A DNA stretch of 64,000 nt from Sedimentisphaerales bacterium. Lineage in GTDB: Bacteria; Planctomycetota; Phycisphaerae; Sedimentisphaerales; Anaerobacaceae. Both the position numbers and the translations under genes were made by a program. How positions within the stretch are numbered: the stretch's first letter is position 1; each line of letters starts with the position of its first letter. The notes beneath the pieces are model-generated. The model searched no databases. It saw only the letters and a list, made by a program, of their open reading frames with translations, and had not been told where the DNA came from. Below, piece after piece: positions 49,477-57,855 of the stretch. Where the stretch lies: NCBI GenBank assembly GCA_040772485.1, contig JAXGYC010000009.1, positions 32,001-96,000 of the forward strand, read 5' to 3'.

Positions 49477-49516
49477 GTGGTGCCGCCCGTGCAATTCGTC
49501 ATGACCCTTCCGGAGG

Positions 49517-49837
49517 TCAGACCATGTCCTTGAGGTTCTTCAGCGGGCGAATCTTCACAATGTTCCGCGCCGGCTTGGCCTTGAACATGGTCTCCTCGCC
49601 CGTGAAGGGGTTGATGCCCTTGCGCGCCTTGGTGGCAGGCTTCCGCACGACCATGAGCTTCATCAGACCGGGGACGGTGTACGCGCCGGGGCCGCGACGA
49701 CCGAGACTCTTCTTGATCTGATCGGCCATGGCCTCGAAAACGCCGCTGACCTGCTTCTTCGTCAGACCGGTCGCGCTGGCGATCCCGGACACGATTTCCG
49801 TCTTGCTCATGGGTTTTTCCGATGCTGTTGTTGCCAT
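49517..49837 (-). CDS. HU-family DNA-binding protein
   Basis: MSKTEI, PGLMKL, RKGINPFTGE, KPARNIVKIRPLKNLKD. Confidence 0.9.
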   Translation of the reverse strand: MATTASEKPMSKTEIVSGIASATGLTKKQVSGVFEAMADQIKKSLGRRGPGAYTVPGLMKLMVVRKPATKARKGINPFTGEETMFKAKPARNIVKIRPLKNLKDMV

Positions 49838-50026
49838 AACACAGGGTCTCCTTACACGGACAAAGACAGAGTGAACACTCCATACGCCAATCCACGGCCT
49901 CTACCGTGGAAGCTTGGGCAGAGATATGTCGTTTTGACGCGATTGTCAAGCAAGAAAGCGCCGCAAACGCCGAAATATATAGTGATTTCCGTGGATATCG
50001 TCGATTCTGATGAGGTCGAACCGGCC

Positions 50027-51439
50027 CTACAGAGCAGTACAGAAGGTGACGATGCTCTGCGCGGTCATGTCGAAGCGGGCCTCGTCGTCGTGGACGGGCA
50101 CGTCGGGCAGCTCTTTGAATTCTTCGGCGGCGCTGGTGCGGCGGACCTTCAACGAACGGAACGGCCCGAGATGGCGAAAGGCCAGGTTCAGCGTGTGCGC
50201 CTGGTCGGTGGGGTTGAGCGCGACGACGGTCAGCTCACTGGCCTTCTCATGCAGGAACGCGCCGACCTGGACGGTTCCGAAGCCGGGCGTCGCGTCGATG
50301 CGGACGGCGCCGGGCCGGATGAACCGTGTGTAGTGCATGGCGGTGTACGTCTTCGGCGTGTACGTGCTCATCACCATCAGCGCGTGAACGCTCTTGCGTC
50401 CCTCCGTGATCTGCCACGGGACGAACGCCGAGCAGTGGCCCGCCACCAGCGCGTTGTGCAGGGCGTTGCCGATCCCTTTCTGAATCGGCGCGGGCCAGTC
50501 GTGATCGCCGGTGCCGCCCTCGGTGATCCAGAACGGTTTGCCCGTCTGCGCGATCAAGTCCCAGAACCGCCGCGACGAGGTCGCCGACATCTCGCCCTTG
50601 ACGCCGTCCTCGTAGCCGTGCGTCGCGAACACGTCCAGCGCCGCCAGCGCCTTCGGATCGTTCCGAATCGCCTTCACGTAGGAGCCGGTCCCGCCTTCGT
50701 ACAGGTGGCTGGTCATCGTCTCGGGCCCGAAGATCTTCACGTGACCGTAGCCTTCGGCGTTCAGCATCTCGCGCAGCATCGCGACGATCGTGACGAAGTC
50801 CTGGCCGTTCCAGACGCAGCTCTCGAACGACTGTGTGAACTGCACCTCGTTGCCCGGACTGACGGCGTAGAAGGGCACTCCATGCGCCTCGTGCCACTTG
50901 ACGTACTCGACCATCCACTTGCAGAAGTGCTTGAAGTATCTCGGCTCGACGCGATTGTCGATGTCACCGTATCCGCCGGCGCGGATCGCGCCGGACTTCT
51001 TGTCGGTGATGGATCGATTGACCTTCATCCAGGCGGGCGGGCTCCAGACCGTGCCGATGATCCTGATCTCGGGATTGCGCCGGCGAATGGCCTGCCCGAA
51101 GTCGACGAAGATCTGCGGCCGGCCCCCGTCGGCGCCCATGTCGAAATCCTGGTAGCGAATCTGCGTCCAGTCCTCGGTCGGCTTCTCGAACGTCGGGCCC
51201 CACATGTTGACGCGCAGCATGTTGCAGCCGACGCCCTCGACGTAGATCCGCTGGAAGTCCTCCGTGCGGTAGAGATCGCGAAAGCGACCGACCCACGCAA
51301 TCAAACACGTCCCGAAGCCCTCGATGGTCTGATACCGCACCGACCCATCGACCGTGACGTCGATCTCCGTCGCCGCAGCGCTGCCGGCGATCGCGAGCAG
51401 AACCGCCATTCCCATCATCAATCTCATGCGCATGGCCAT
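50027..51439 (-). CDS. GH30-family glycoside hydrolase, secreted
   Basis: YQTIEGFG, WSPPAWMK, SPGNE, WITE, RFIRPGA. Confidence 0.85.
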   Translation of the reverse strand: MAMRMRLMMGMAVLLAIAGSAAATEIDVTVDGSVRYQTIEGFGTCLIAWVGRFRDLYRTEDFQRIYVEGVGCNMLRVNMWGPTFEKPTEDWTQIRYQDFDMGADGGRPQIFVDFGQAIRRRNPEIRIIGTVWSPPAWMKVNRSITDKKSGAIRAGGYGDIDNRVEPRYFKHFCKWMVEYVKWHEAHGVPFYAVSPGNEVQFTQSFESCVWNGQDFVTIVAMLREMLNAEGYGHVKIFGPETMTSHLYEGGTGSYVKAIRNDPKALAALDVFATHGYEDGVKGEMSATSSRRFWDLIAQTGKPFWITEGGTGDHDWPAPIQKGIGNALHNALVAGHCSAFVPWQITEGRKSVHALMVMSTYTPKTYTAMHYTRFIRPGAVRIDATPGFGTVQVGAFLHEKASELTVVALNPTDQAHTLNLAFRHLGPFRSLKVRRTSAAEEFKELPDVPVHDDEARFDMTAQSIVTFCTAL

Positions 51440-51607
51440 CTCCTTCCAAACACGCTATCCCGTCGGCGGGGGACCATCGCTCGTCTGCGCGGACTTGCGA
51501 CACCCGCATGCTACCCATACGCCGCAGGCCGGGCAAGGGTATGGCAAACCTCCTGAGCCGGGACGTTTTGTGACGCGATTGCCCCTCTTCCACTGGGGCA
51601 GGAAGCT

Positions 51608-51720
51608 GTTTGTAGTGTGCCCGCGAGGGCATAACCCGCCGCAGGCGGGCTATTCAGGTCAATAGCGTCTTACGACGCCACTACAAACGGGAATCCGCCC
51701 AAGGCGGATCACTACGAACC
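51608..51720. repeat. GTTTGTAGTG...CACTACAAAC REPIN-like element with nested mini-hairpins
   Basis: Terminal motifs plus cccgccgcaggcggg and atccgcccaaggcggat inserts. Confidence 0.85.
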
Positions 51721-51761
51721 AAGCCCTGACCCCTGGCCAAAGCGGGTAGTCACTTTGCGTG

Positions 51762-51789
51762 TTGACATGGCGGCTGGTACGCCTATGAT
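51762..51789 (+). promoter_or_regulatory. Sigma70-like promoter
   Basis: TTGACA-16 nt-TATGAT upstream of the prepilin gene. Confidence 0.55.
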
Positions 51790-51876
51790 CAGGTCGATGG
51801 TGATGCGTTGCGGCGCGAGGCCGGACGAGCCAGTCCGGACCTTCTTTCGGAAACCGATGAGCGGAGTCGGTTGGAT

Positions 51877-52641
51877 ATGCGGACGCTGTGCGACAGGCCA
51901 AAGAGCGGCGGACTTCGACACGGGGGGTTCACCCTGGTGGAACTGCTGGTCGTCGTCTCGATCATCTGTCTGCTGGTGTCGCTGTCGCTGCCCGCCCTGA
52001 CCCAGGCGCACCGCCAGGCCGAACAGGTGCACTGTCTGGCGAACCAGCGGCAACTGACGCTGGCCTGGCTGCTGTATGCACCGGACCACGACGACCGACT
52101 CTGCCCGCCGGAGTCCTGGACAGCGGACCTCAAACCCTATCTCCAGTCGCAGGACGTTTTGCTCTGCAGGACCGACGATGACGGCGAACATCGCAATTCG
52201 TACGGCCTGTCGAATACGATGGGGGGGCAGAAGCGCGACGGGGTGGTCCCCTTCGCGCGGCTGCACCGGGTCTCCGGCGCCGGCGCGAAGATGGTCTTCA
52301 TCGACAAGGAACGCCGGGGCTCGGATTGCTTCTGGCCGCTGGTGTTGGACGACGACCGGTGGTTGTGGCGCCCGTGGTCCTGGCCGCCAGGATTGCAGGG
52401 CCTGACGAACCGCCACCGCAACGGGTGCAACGTGTCGTTCGCCGACGCGCACGGCGAGTCGATTCACTGGAAGGACGATCGCACGCGCAAGCTGATCCTG
52501 GGCCGGATCGCCGACCCCAGAGCGGGTTCGGACAACAACCCTGACCTCGAATACATGATCGAGTCACTGACGGTGCATCGCGCCCCCGACCCCAATGCGT
52601 TGGAAGATCGTCGCGCCTCCGAGCCCGAGAGTGGAGACTGA
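51877..52641 (+). CDS. Prepilin-type N-terminal methylation / H-X9-DG-like protein
   Basis: GFTLVELLVV, CLANQRQL, RHRNGCNVSFADAH. Confidence 0.85.
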   Translation: MRTLCDRPKSGGLRHGGFTLVELLVVVSIICLLVSLSLPALTQAHRQAEQVHCLANQRQLTLAWLLYAPDHDDRLCPPESWTADLKPYLQSQDVLLCRTDDDGEHRNSYGLSNTMGGQKRDGVVPFARLHRVSGAGAKMVFIDKERRGSDCFWPLVLDDDRWLWRPWSWPPGLQGLTNRHRNGCNVSFADAHGESIHWKDDRTRKLILGRIADPRAGSDNNPDLEYMIESLTVHRAPDPNALEDRRASEPESGD

Positions 52642-52647
52642 GATCGC

Positions 52648-53241
52648 ATGGCGTTGAAAGTTCCCGACCTGCTGCAATATGAGCTTCGCCATCGCCTGGA
52701 GCGGTGGCGCGGGGCGCTGGAGCGTTGGGGCCTGCGGGAGTGGATTGACCGGCATGCCGGTGCGGTGATCGTCGTGGCGTGCCTGAGCGCAGCGCTGCTC
52801 GGCTTCATGCTGATTCGGGTCTTGTGGCCGGCTCGCCCGGCGCCGGTCTTGCAGAGTCGCCATGCCTGGTTCTACGACGCCAACACCGGCCGGCTGTTCG
52901 CGGACAGTTTCAGGAAGGCCGGCCCGATCCCGGCGCCGTCCGGGCCTCTGAGCGACGGGGGACACGCCGGCTTCCGGGCGCACGTCTACAGCTACGTGCT
53001 CGAACCGGGCGAATCGGAGCTCTTCATCGGCTTCCTCGAACGGCCCGACCCTTCCGGCGGAGCGAAGGCAACCGCGCAGGACATGACGGATTTCCAGGCG
53101 TGGGCCCAGGGCCGATTGATCAAGCGAGAAAAAGACGACCAATGGGTCGCCGCCACCAGCCCCCAGGGTCAGGCGATCCTGCGCGACCTTCTGAAACCCG
53201 ACGCCCACGGGCGAACGCCGCTCTATCAGTTGCCCCGCTGA
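52648..53241 (+). CDS. Hypothetical single-TM protein
   Basis: Coding-like composition, one TM (VIVVACLSAALLGF), co-oriented with the prepilin gene. Confidence 0.7.
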   Translation: MALKVPDLLQYELRHRLERWRGALERWGLREWIDRHAGAVIVVACLSAALLGFMLIRVLWPARPAPVLQSRHAWFYDANTGRLFADSFRKAGPIPAPSGPLSDGGHAGFRAHVYSYVLEPGESELFIGFLERPDPSGGAKATAQDMTDFQAWAQGRLIKREKDDQWVAATSPQGQAILRDLLKPDAHGRTPLYQLPR

Positions 53242-53242
53242 C

Positions 53243-53313
53243 ATGAGGGGCCCGCGCGGAGGAAGAAGGCATTCACGCTCGTGGAGGTTCTGGTGGTCAT
53301 CGCCATCCTGCTC
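53243..53313 (+). pseudogene. Truncated, frameshifted prepilin gene remnant
   Basis: RRKKAFTLVEVLVVIAILL encoded without an in-frame start (ATG 53243 is off frame), then lost in repeats. Confidence 0.65.
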
Positions 53314-53370
53314 AAGACTCACCGGCCCAAGCCCCGACGTCCGCGTGCCCCCGTTTCGAATTTGTTGTTT

Positions 53371-53515
53371 CGTCGTGCGTCATGCGTCGTGCGTATCGAG
53401 TCGGTTGCCCCGGAGAGAAATCCGCGATTCGGCGTCTGCGGTCTGCGACCTACCGCCTCCGGCTTGTCTGCGCTTCGCTATGTCATTTTGCTGTTTGCTC
53501 TTTGCTGTTTGATTT
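53371..53515. repeat. Patchwork of degenerate heptamer arrays
   Basis: cgtcgtg cgtcatg cgtcgtg; cgtctgc ggtctgc; tttgctg tttgctc tttgctg. Confidence 0.7.
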
Positions 53516-54262
53516 GTCGTCGGGGAAGTTCAGATAGGCGAACTCGCCCTGGAGTTCGAAGGCCTTGCGGTCGCGGGCCTTGGCGGCCTCGACGTCGTCG
53601 TCGAAGACGCCCAGATGATGCGTCTTGCCGTTGTGTTTGATCGCGGCCTGCCACTTGTCCCGGTATGGGTAAACGCCCTTGAAGCGGGACCGTCTGCTGC
53701 GAGGACGCTTGTTGAACTCGTTCTGTTGCGGCGTGCAAACGCGCAGGTTGGCCTGGCGGTTGTCCAGCCGGTTGCGGTCGATATGGTCGACCACCATCCC
53801 CTTGGGCGCGTTCATGATCTCGCGGTGCATCAGGACGGTCCCGCCGGGCACGGAGCGGCGCGCATAGAAGCCGCCGTCTGCACAGGGAGAGGCGGTCCAG
53901 CGGTAGCGGTTGATCCGCTCGTAGTCCGCCGCATCGACGATTGCGAATTTGCCGCGCGTCAAGGGGATGTAGCGAATCTCGTCGTTCGGCGGCTCCGGCG
54001 GCGGCTGACGCGGCGATACCTGCCGGCGCGGCCGCCAGTTTCGACAGGTGCCCGTCCCGCGTACGTCGCGGCGCTCGCCCGGGCTGTCCGGGTGATTGAA
54101 ACAGCTCATCGGCGGCGGCCAGCGGGTTATCATCCACACCACCCACTGCTCCTTCGACGGCGGGATGGCGAACAGGCAATTGGAGCACGTCCGCTCCGAT
54201 GGATCGCACGCGCCCGCTCCGCCCTTTGAACGCCGTCTCGCCCGTTTGCGTTTCGCGGCCAT
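53483..54262 (-). CDS. HNH endonuclease - AP2 domain protein with N-terminal Cys/His motif
   Basis: IPLTRGKFAIVD, MHREIM, VVDHIDRNRLDNRQANLR, SRFKGV...HLGVF...AAKARD...LNFP; GGAGG RBS. Confidence 0.9.
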   Translation of the reverse strand: MAAKRKRARRRSKGGAGACDPSERTCSNCLFAIPPSKEQWVVWMITRWPPPMSCFNHPDSPGERRDVRGTGTCRNWRPRRQVSPRQPPPEPPNDEIRYIPLTRGKFAIVDAADYERINRYRWTASPCADGGFYARRSVPGGTVLMHREIMNAPKGMVVDHIDRNRLDNRQANLRVCTPQQNEFNKRPRSRRSRFKGVYPYRDKWQAAIKHNGKTHHLGVFDDDVEAAKARDRKAFELQGEFAYLNFPDDKSNSKEQTAK

Positions 54263-54568
54263 TCTTCGTCCTCCATCTTTCAGGTTTCCTTGGCGGCCGC
54301 AAAACGATGCGGCCCTCTACCCTTGGATGGTGTTGCACGTTTGGGACGAAAAAAACGGCGTTTTTTACGTAGTTGATTCGTGTAAGTCCAGGCGAAGAAA
54401 GGAGTAAAAAATTTCTGCATGTCACGCGCACTTTGTCGTTTGACCGTTGCGTGTTTGGGACGAAAATCCGCGTCCTTTTCGGCATAAAGACGATGCGATG
54501 GGTCCGGATTGTGCGACGCATTCGGCGAGCAGACCCGCCATTACCCGAACCGCCTGAAGCGCCCAATT

Positions 54569-54653
54569 GTGGCAGCGGCAAGCGCCAGCTTGCCGATGGT
54601 GATATCCTTAAAGCCCCTGAAAGCCATCGGCAAACGGAGTTTGCCGCTGCCAC
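54569..54653. repeat. GTGGCAGC...GCTGCCAC palindromic element, variant
   Basis: 13-bp IR gtggcagcggcaa/ttgccgctgccac and 10-bp inner IR ttgccgatgg/ccatcggcaa. Confidence 0.8.
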
Positions 54654-54719
54654 CCGGCACAGGAGGGGTGCACTTCGAGTTTGTGGGTAGATCTTCACGG
54701 GGCGACTGCAATCGACTTC

Positions 54720-54879
54720 GTCATTCCGACCGGAGCGCAGCGGAGTGGAGGAATCTGGCTGCGAAGGGGCCATTGCCTTATCCTCGGCCAGATTTCTCCG
54801 TGCGGGCTTCGCCCCATTCGACTTCGCTCAGAGCCTGCCCTGAACGCAGTTGAAGGGGCAAGCTCTTAGTCGAAATGAC
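54720..54879. repeat. GTCATTCC...AATGAC palindromic MITE-like element with nested insert
   Basis: gtcattccgac...ggaatctgg...ccagatttc...gtcgaaatgac; related to 57694-57800. Confidence 0.8.
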
Positions 54880-55073
54880 ATGTGCCACGCTCTCCGAGAT
54901 GACAGACCCCCTTGCTGGCCTCGGCAGGAACCTACCTATAAACACGCAGTGCACCCGGCACAGGAGCGCCCACCGGCAAGGGGATGGCGAAGGATGCCGG
55001 GATTTGGTATCCTGCGGTGTTTACGGATCGTATGGGACCTGGGAACGGATGCATGGACCCGATGGAGACAACG

Positions 55074-57566
55074 ATGGAGCAGAACAGTCTGGGACGGAAA
55101 CTCCGGCAGCGATCGGGCCTGCTGGTGCTGGCGGAGCTGGTCGGCGGGCCGGGGTTCAGCTTCGCGCCCATCGAGCGGTTCGGCCGGGCGTATCAGGAGG
55201 CGGCCAAGGGTGGCAGGGCGATCCTGCCGGAAGGCTTCGACTTCGCCGCGATCACGCTGCCGCAGAACCCCGGCGGTGTCGCCAACCTCGAACCGGCCGC
55301 CATCGTCAGCGTCCTCCAGGCAAACCACCTGCTCGACGGTCTCGACGTCGTGCCGCACATCAGTTGCAAGGACGCCAACGCCGACGCCATTATCAGTTCG
55401 CTGGTCGGCTTCCGCAAGGCGGGCGTCACCAGCGTGCTGGCGCTGACGGGCGACAAGCCGGTCGCGGCCAAGGGCGTCTTCGAGCTCGAATCGCTCGGCC
55501 TGCTGCGCCTGATCCGCAAGATGAACCACGACGCCTGCCTCGGCGCCAGGCCCGACGCCCTGGCGAGCGTGCATCAGTTCGTCCCCGGCGCGGCGGTCTC
55601 GCCCTTCAAGTACACCGAAGCGACGCAGATGCAGCAGTACTACAAGATGGAGAAGAAGGTTCGCTGCGGTGCGGCGTTTCTGATCACCCAGGTCGGCTGG
55701 GACTGGCGAAAGAGCCTCGAACTGTTCACGTACCTGCGCGCAGGAGCGAACGATGATTCGCCCATGTTGGATGTCCCCGTGATCGGCAACGTCTACCTGC
55801 TCAGCACGATGACACCCGCGCCGCGTCTGATGCACGACATCAAGCTGCCCGGCTGCTTCGTCAGCGACGAGCTGCTCGCCAGGGTCTACAGCGAGAAGCT
55901 CGACGACCACATCGAGCGGGCCGCCCAGCAGGTGGCCATGTACAAGGCGATGGGCGCCGCCGGCGTGGACATCGGAGGCGTCCAGGATTTCGCGACGTTC
56001 ACCCGCATCGTCGAGCGCGCCGCCGAGATCGGCGGCGACTGGGAGCGGTTCAAGGACAACCTCTACTGGCCCGCCAAAGACGCGTTCTATCTCTACGACG
56101 ACAACGGCAAGCCCCGCACGCTGTCACAGCCGCGACCGACGGCGGGCAAGCGGTTCTTCGATTTCTCGCACCATGCGTTCCTCGACCCCGAGGGTGTGGG
56201 CTTTCACGCCTTCCGCAAGACGATGGGCTTCCTCGGCGCCGACAAGGGCGAGGGCCTCGTCTACAAGCTGTTCAACGCCAACGAGAAGGCGTTCAAGTAC
56301 ACACTGTTCGACTGCGAGGAGTGCGGCGATTGCTTCCTGCCCGAGAACTTCGGCGTCTGCACCATGGGCAGTTGCGAGAAGGGCATCGACAACGCCCCGT
56401 GCGGCGACGCCACCGTGGACGGCTGCTGCGGCAACAACCTCAAGCAGGTGTGCGTCGGCAATCGCGTCTACGAGGCGGCCGCCTCCGAAAAGGGCGGACG
56501 CGAGCGTCTGCGCACTGCGATCAACCCGCGCCGCAATCCCGCGCTCCAGCACTCCTCCTCGATCCTCAACTATCTGTTCGGCAAGGACCACACGATGAAG
56601 AACGCACTGATCTCGATCGGCGAAGCCGTTCACGCCTCGATTCCTAAGACCGGCCAGATCATGCGCCGGTTGCAGGACCTCGGGCCCGACGCCTACGCGA
56701 AGCCGAGCCCGGAGCTCGACTACATCCGCGCGCTGATCGAGTCGCAGGCGGCCGACGGCGCCGACTACATTGCGGTCAATCTCGACGCCTTCGGCGAGGA
56801 CGATCCGAAGCTGGCGGTGAAGATGATGATCGAGTACACGAAGCTCGTGCGCCGTTGGGGCGACGGTGTGCCCATCTGCATCGACAGCAGCAACGACGAC
56901 GTGCTCGAAGCGGGCCTGAAGGAATGGTACGCGGTAGGGGCGAATCATCATTCGCCCGTCAAACCCCCGCTGATCAACTCGGTCAAGGTCTACACGATGG
57001 ACCGCATCCTGCCTCTCAAGAGGCAGTACGATTTCTCCGTGATCGCGCTTCTGGTCAGCGAGGACAAGCCGACCGGTCCCGGCGGGTCGCACTCGGTCGA
57101 CGAACTCTGCGCGCTGGCGCATCGAATCTTCGACGAGGCGGTGGGCCGCAGCGGATTCAAGCCCGAGCAGATCTTCTTCGACTCGACCGTCTTTCCGCTG
57201 GCGATCGACATGCCGATGGAGCCGGGCGTCCCGGGCTACACCTACCGCACGTTCGAGACCATCAGGAAGATCAAGAGCGACCCGAAGTTCAAGGGCGCGC
57301 ATTTCTCGCTGGGCGTGAGCAACTCGGTGCGCGACCTGCCCGGCCGCAAGATCGGCGTCTGCCGGGCCTACGTCGCCAAGGCCATGGAGTACGGCCTCGA
57401 CGCCGGAATCGTCAACACCGCCCACAAGTACGGCACCGTCGAGCCCGACGCGAGCCTGCTCGAACTGGTCAACGCCTTCGCCCACCTCGACGGCTCCCTC
57501 GACAAGACCGGCAAGGCCATGGAGCTGATGGGCAAGTTCTGCCAGGAAAACCGAAAGCCGTCCTGA
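55074..57566 (+). CDS. Fusion: methylenetetrahydrofolate reductase (MetF) + Cys-rich MTHFR_C/MetV-like domain + pterin-binding methyltransferase (AcsE/MetH-like)
   Basis: PHISCKD, LALTGD, KKVRCGAAFLITQ; CEECGDC...C...CEKG...PCG; IGE, YIAVNLD, ICIDSS, LINS, IFFD, LGVSN, GLDAGI. Confidence 0.85.
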   Translation: MEQNSLGRKLRQRSGLLVLAELVGGPGFSFAPIERFGRAYQEAAKGGRAILPEGFDFAAITLPQNPGGVANLEPAAIVSVLQANHLLDGLDVVPHISCKDANADAIISSLVGFRKAGVTSVLALTGDKPVAAKGVFELESLGLLRLIRKMNHDACLGARPDALASVHQFVPGAAVSPFKYTEATQMQQYYKMEKKVRCGAAFLITQVGWDWRKSLELFTYLRAGANDDSPMLDVPVIGNVYLLSTMTPAPRLMHDIKLPGCFVSDELLARVYSEKLDDHIERAAQQVAMYKAMGAAGVDIGGVQDFATFTRIVERAAEIGGDWERFKDNLYWPAKDAFYLYDDNGKPRTLSQPRPTAGKRFFDFSHHAFLDPEGVGFHAFRKTMGFLGADKGEGLVYKLFNANEKAFKYTLFDCEECGDCFLPENFGVCTMGSCEKGIDNAPCGDATVDGCCGNNLKQVCVGNRVYEAAASEKGGRERLRTAINPRRNPALQHSSSILNYLFGKDHTMKNALISIGEAVHASIPKTGQIMRRLQDLGPDAYAKPSPELDYIRALIESQAADGADYIAVNLDAFGEDDPKLAVKMMIEYTKLVRRWGDGVPICIDSSNDDVLEAGLKEWYAVGANHHSPVKPPLINSVKVYTMDRILPLKRQYDFSVIALLVSEDKPTGPGGSHSVDELCALAHRIFDEAVGRSGFKPEQIFFDSTVFPLAIDMPMEPGVPGYTYRTFETIRKIKSDPKFKGAHFSLGVSNSVRDLPGRKIGVCRAYVAKAMEYGLDAGIVNTAHKYGTVEPDASLLELVNAFAHLDGSLDKTGKAMELMGKFCQENRKPS

Positions 57567-57597
57567 CGCGTGCCCGAGGTACTTCCCGTGTTCAAGC

Positions 57598-57625
57598 ATA
57601 AGGGCGAGGCATGCCTCGCCCCTAC
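57598..57625. repeat. GTAG-type REP (GGGCGAGGCATGCCTCGCCC)
   Basis: agggcgaggcatgcctcgcccctac. Confidence 0.8.
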
Positions 57626-57633
57626 CGGCGCCC

Positions 57634-57662
57634 GTTTGTAGTGACGCCGTAAGGCGTTATAC
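57634..57662. repeat. Half GTTTGTAGTG element
   Basis: gtttgtagtgacgccgtaaggcgtta. Confidence 0.8.
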
Positions 57663-57693
57663 GCATTCGGAAGACTCTCAGACGGTCCCTTGG

Positions 57694-57800
57694 TTGTCAT
57701 CCTGAGGCGAAGCCGAAGGATCTGGCCATCGCAGAAGACGGCTTTCCCGGTCGTAGCCCAGATCCTTCATCCCGATATCCATCGGGATTCAGGACGACAA
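57694..57800. repeat. GTCATCCTGA...TCAGGACGAC palindromic element with nested hairpin
   Basis: ttgtcatcctga...gaaggatctgg...ccagatccttc-atcccgatatccatcgggat-tcaggacgacaa. Confidence 0.8.
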
Positions 57801-57855
57801 GGCGGAGCGCACAAATAAATCCCAATCCTTATTACGGGCACACTGCGAACGAAGG

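Noticed and set aside
53239..53313. TGA read-through (selenocysteine) joining 52648-53241 to the in-frame pilin motif
   Set aside because: A prepilin motif is only meaningful at an N-terminus, and there is no Sec-type context; a decayed separate gene is simpler
53483..54262. Prophage or group I intron around the HNH-AP2 gene
   Set aside because: No phage structural genes or integrase, and no recognisable intron core or resumed exon
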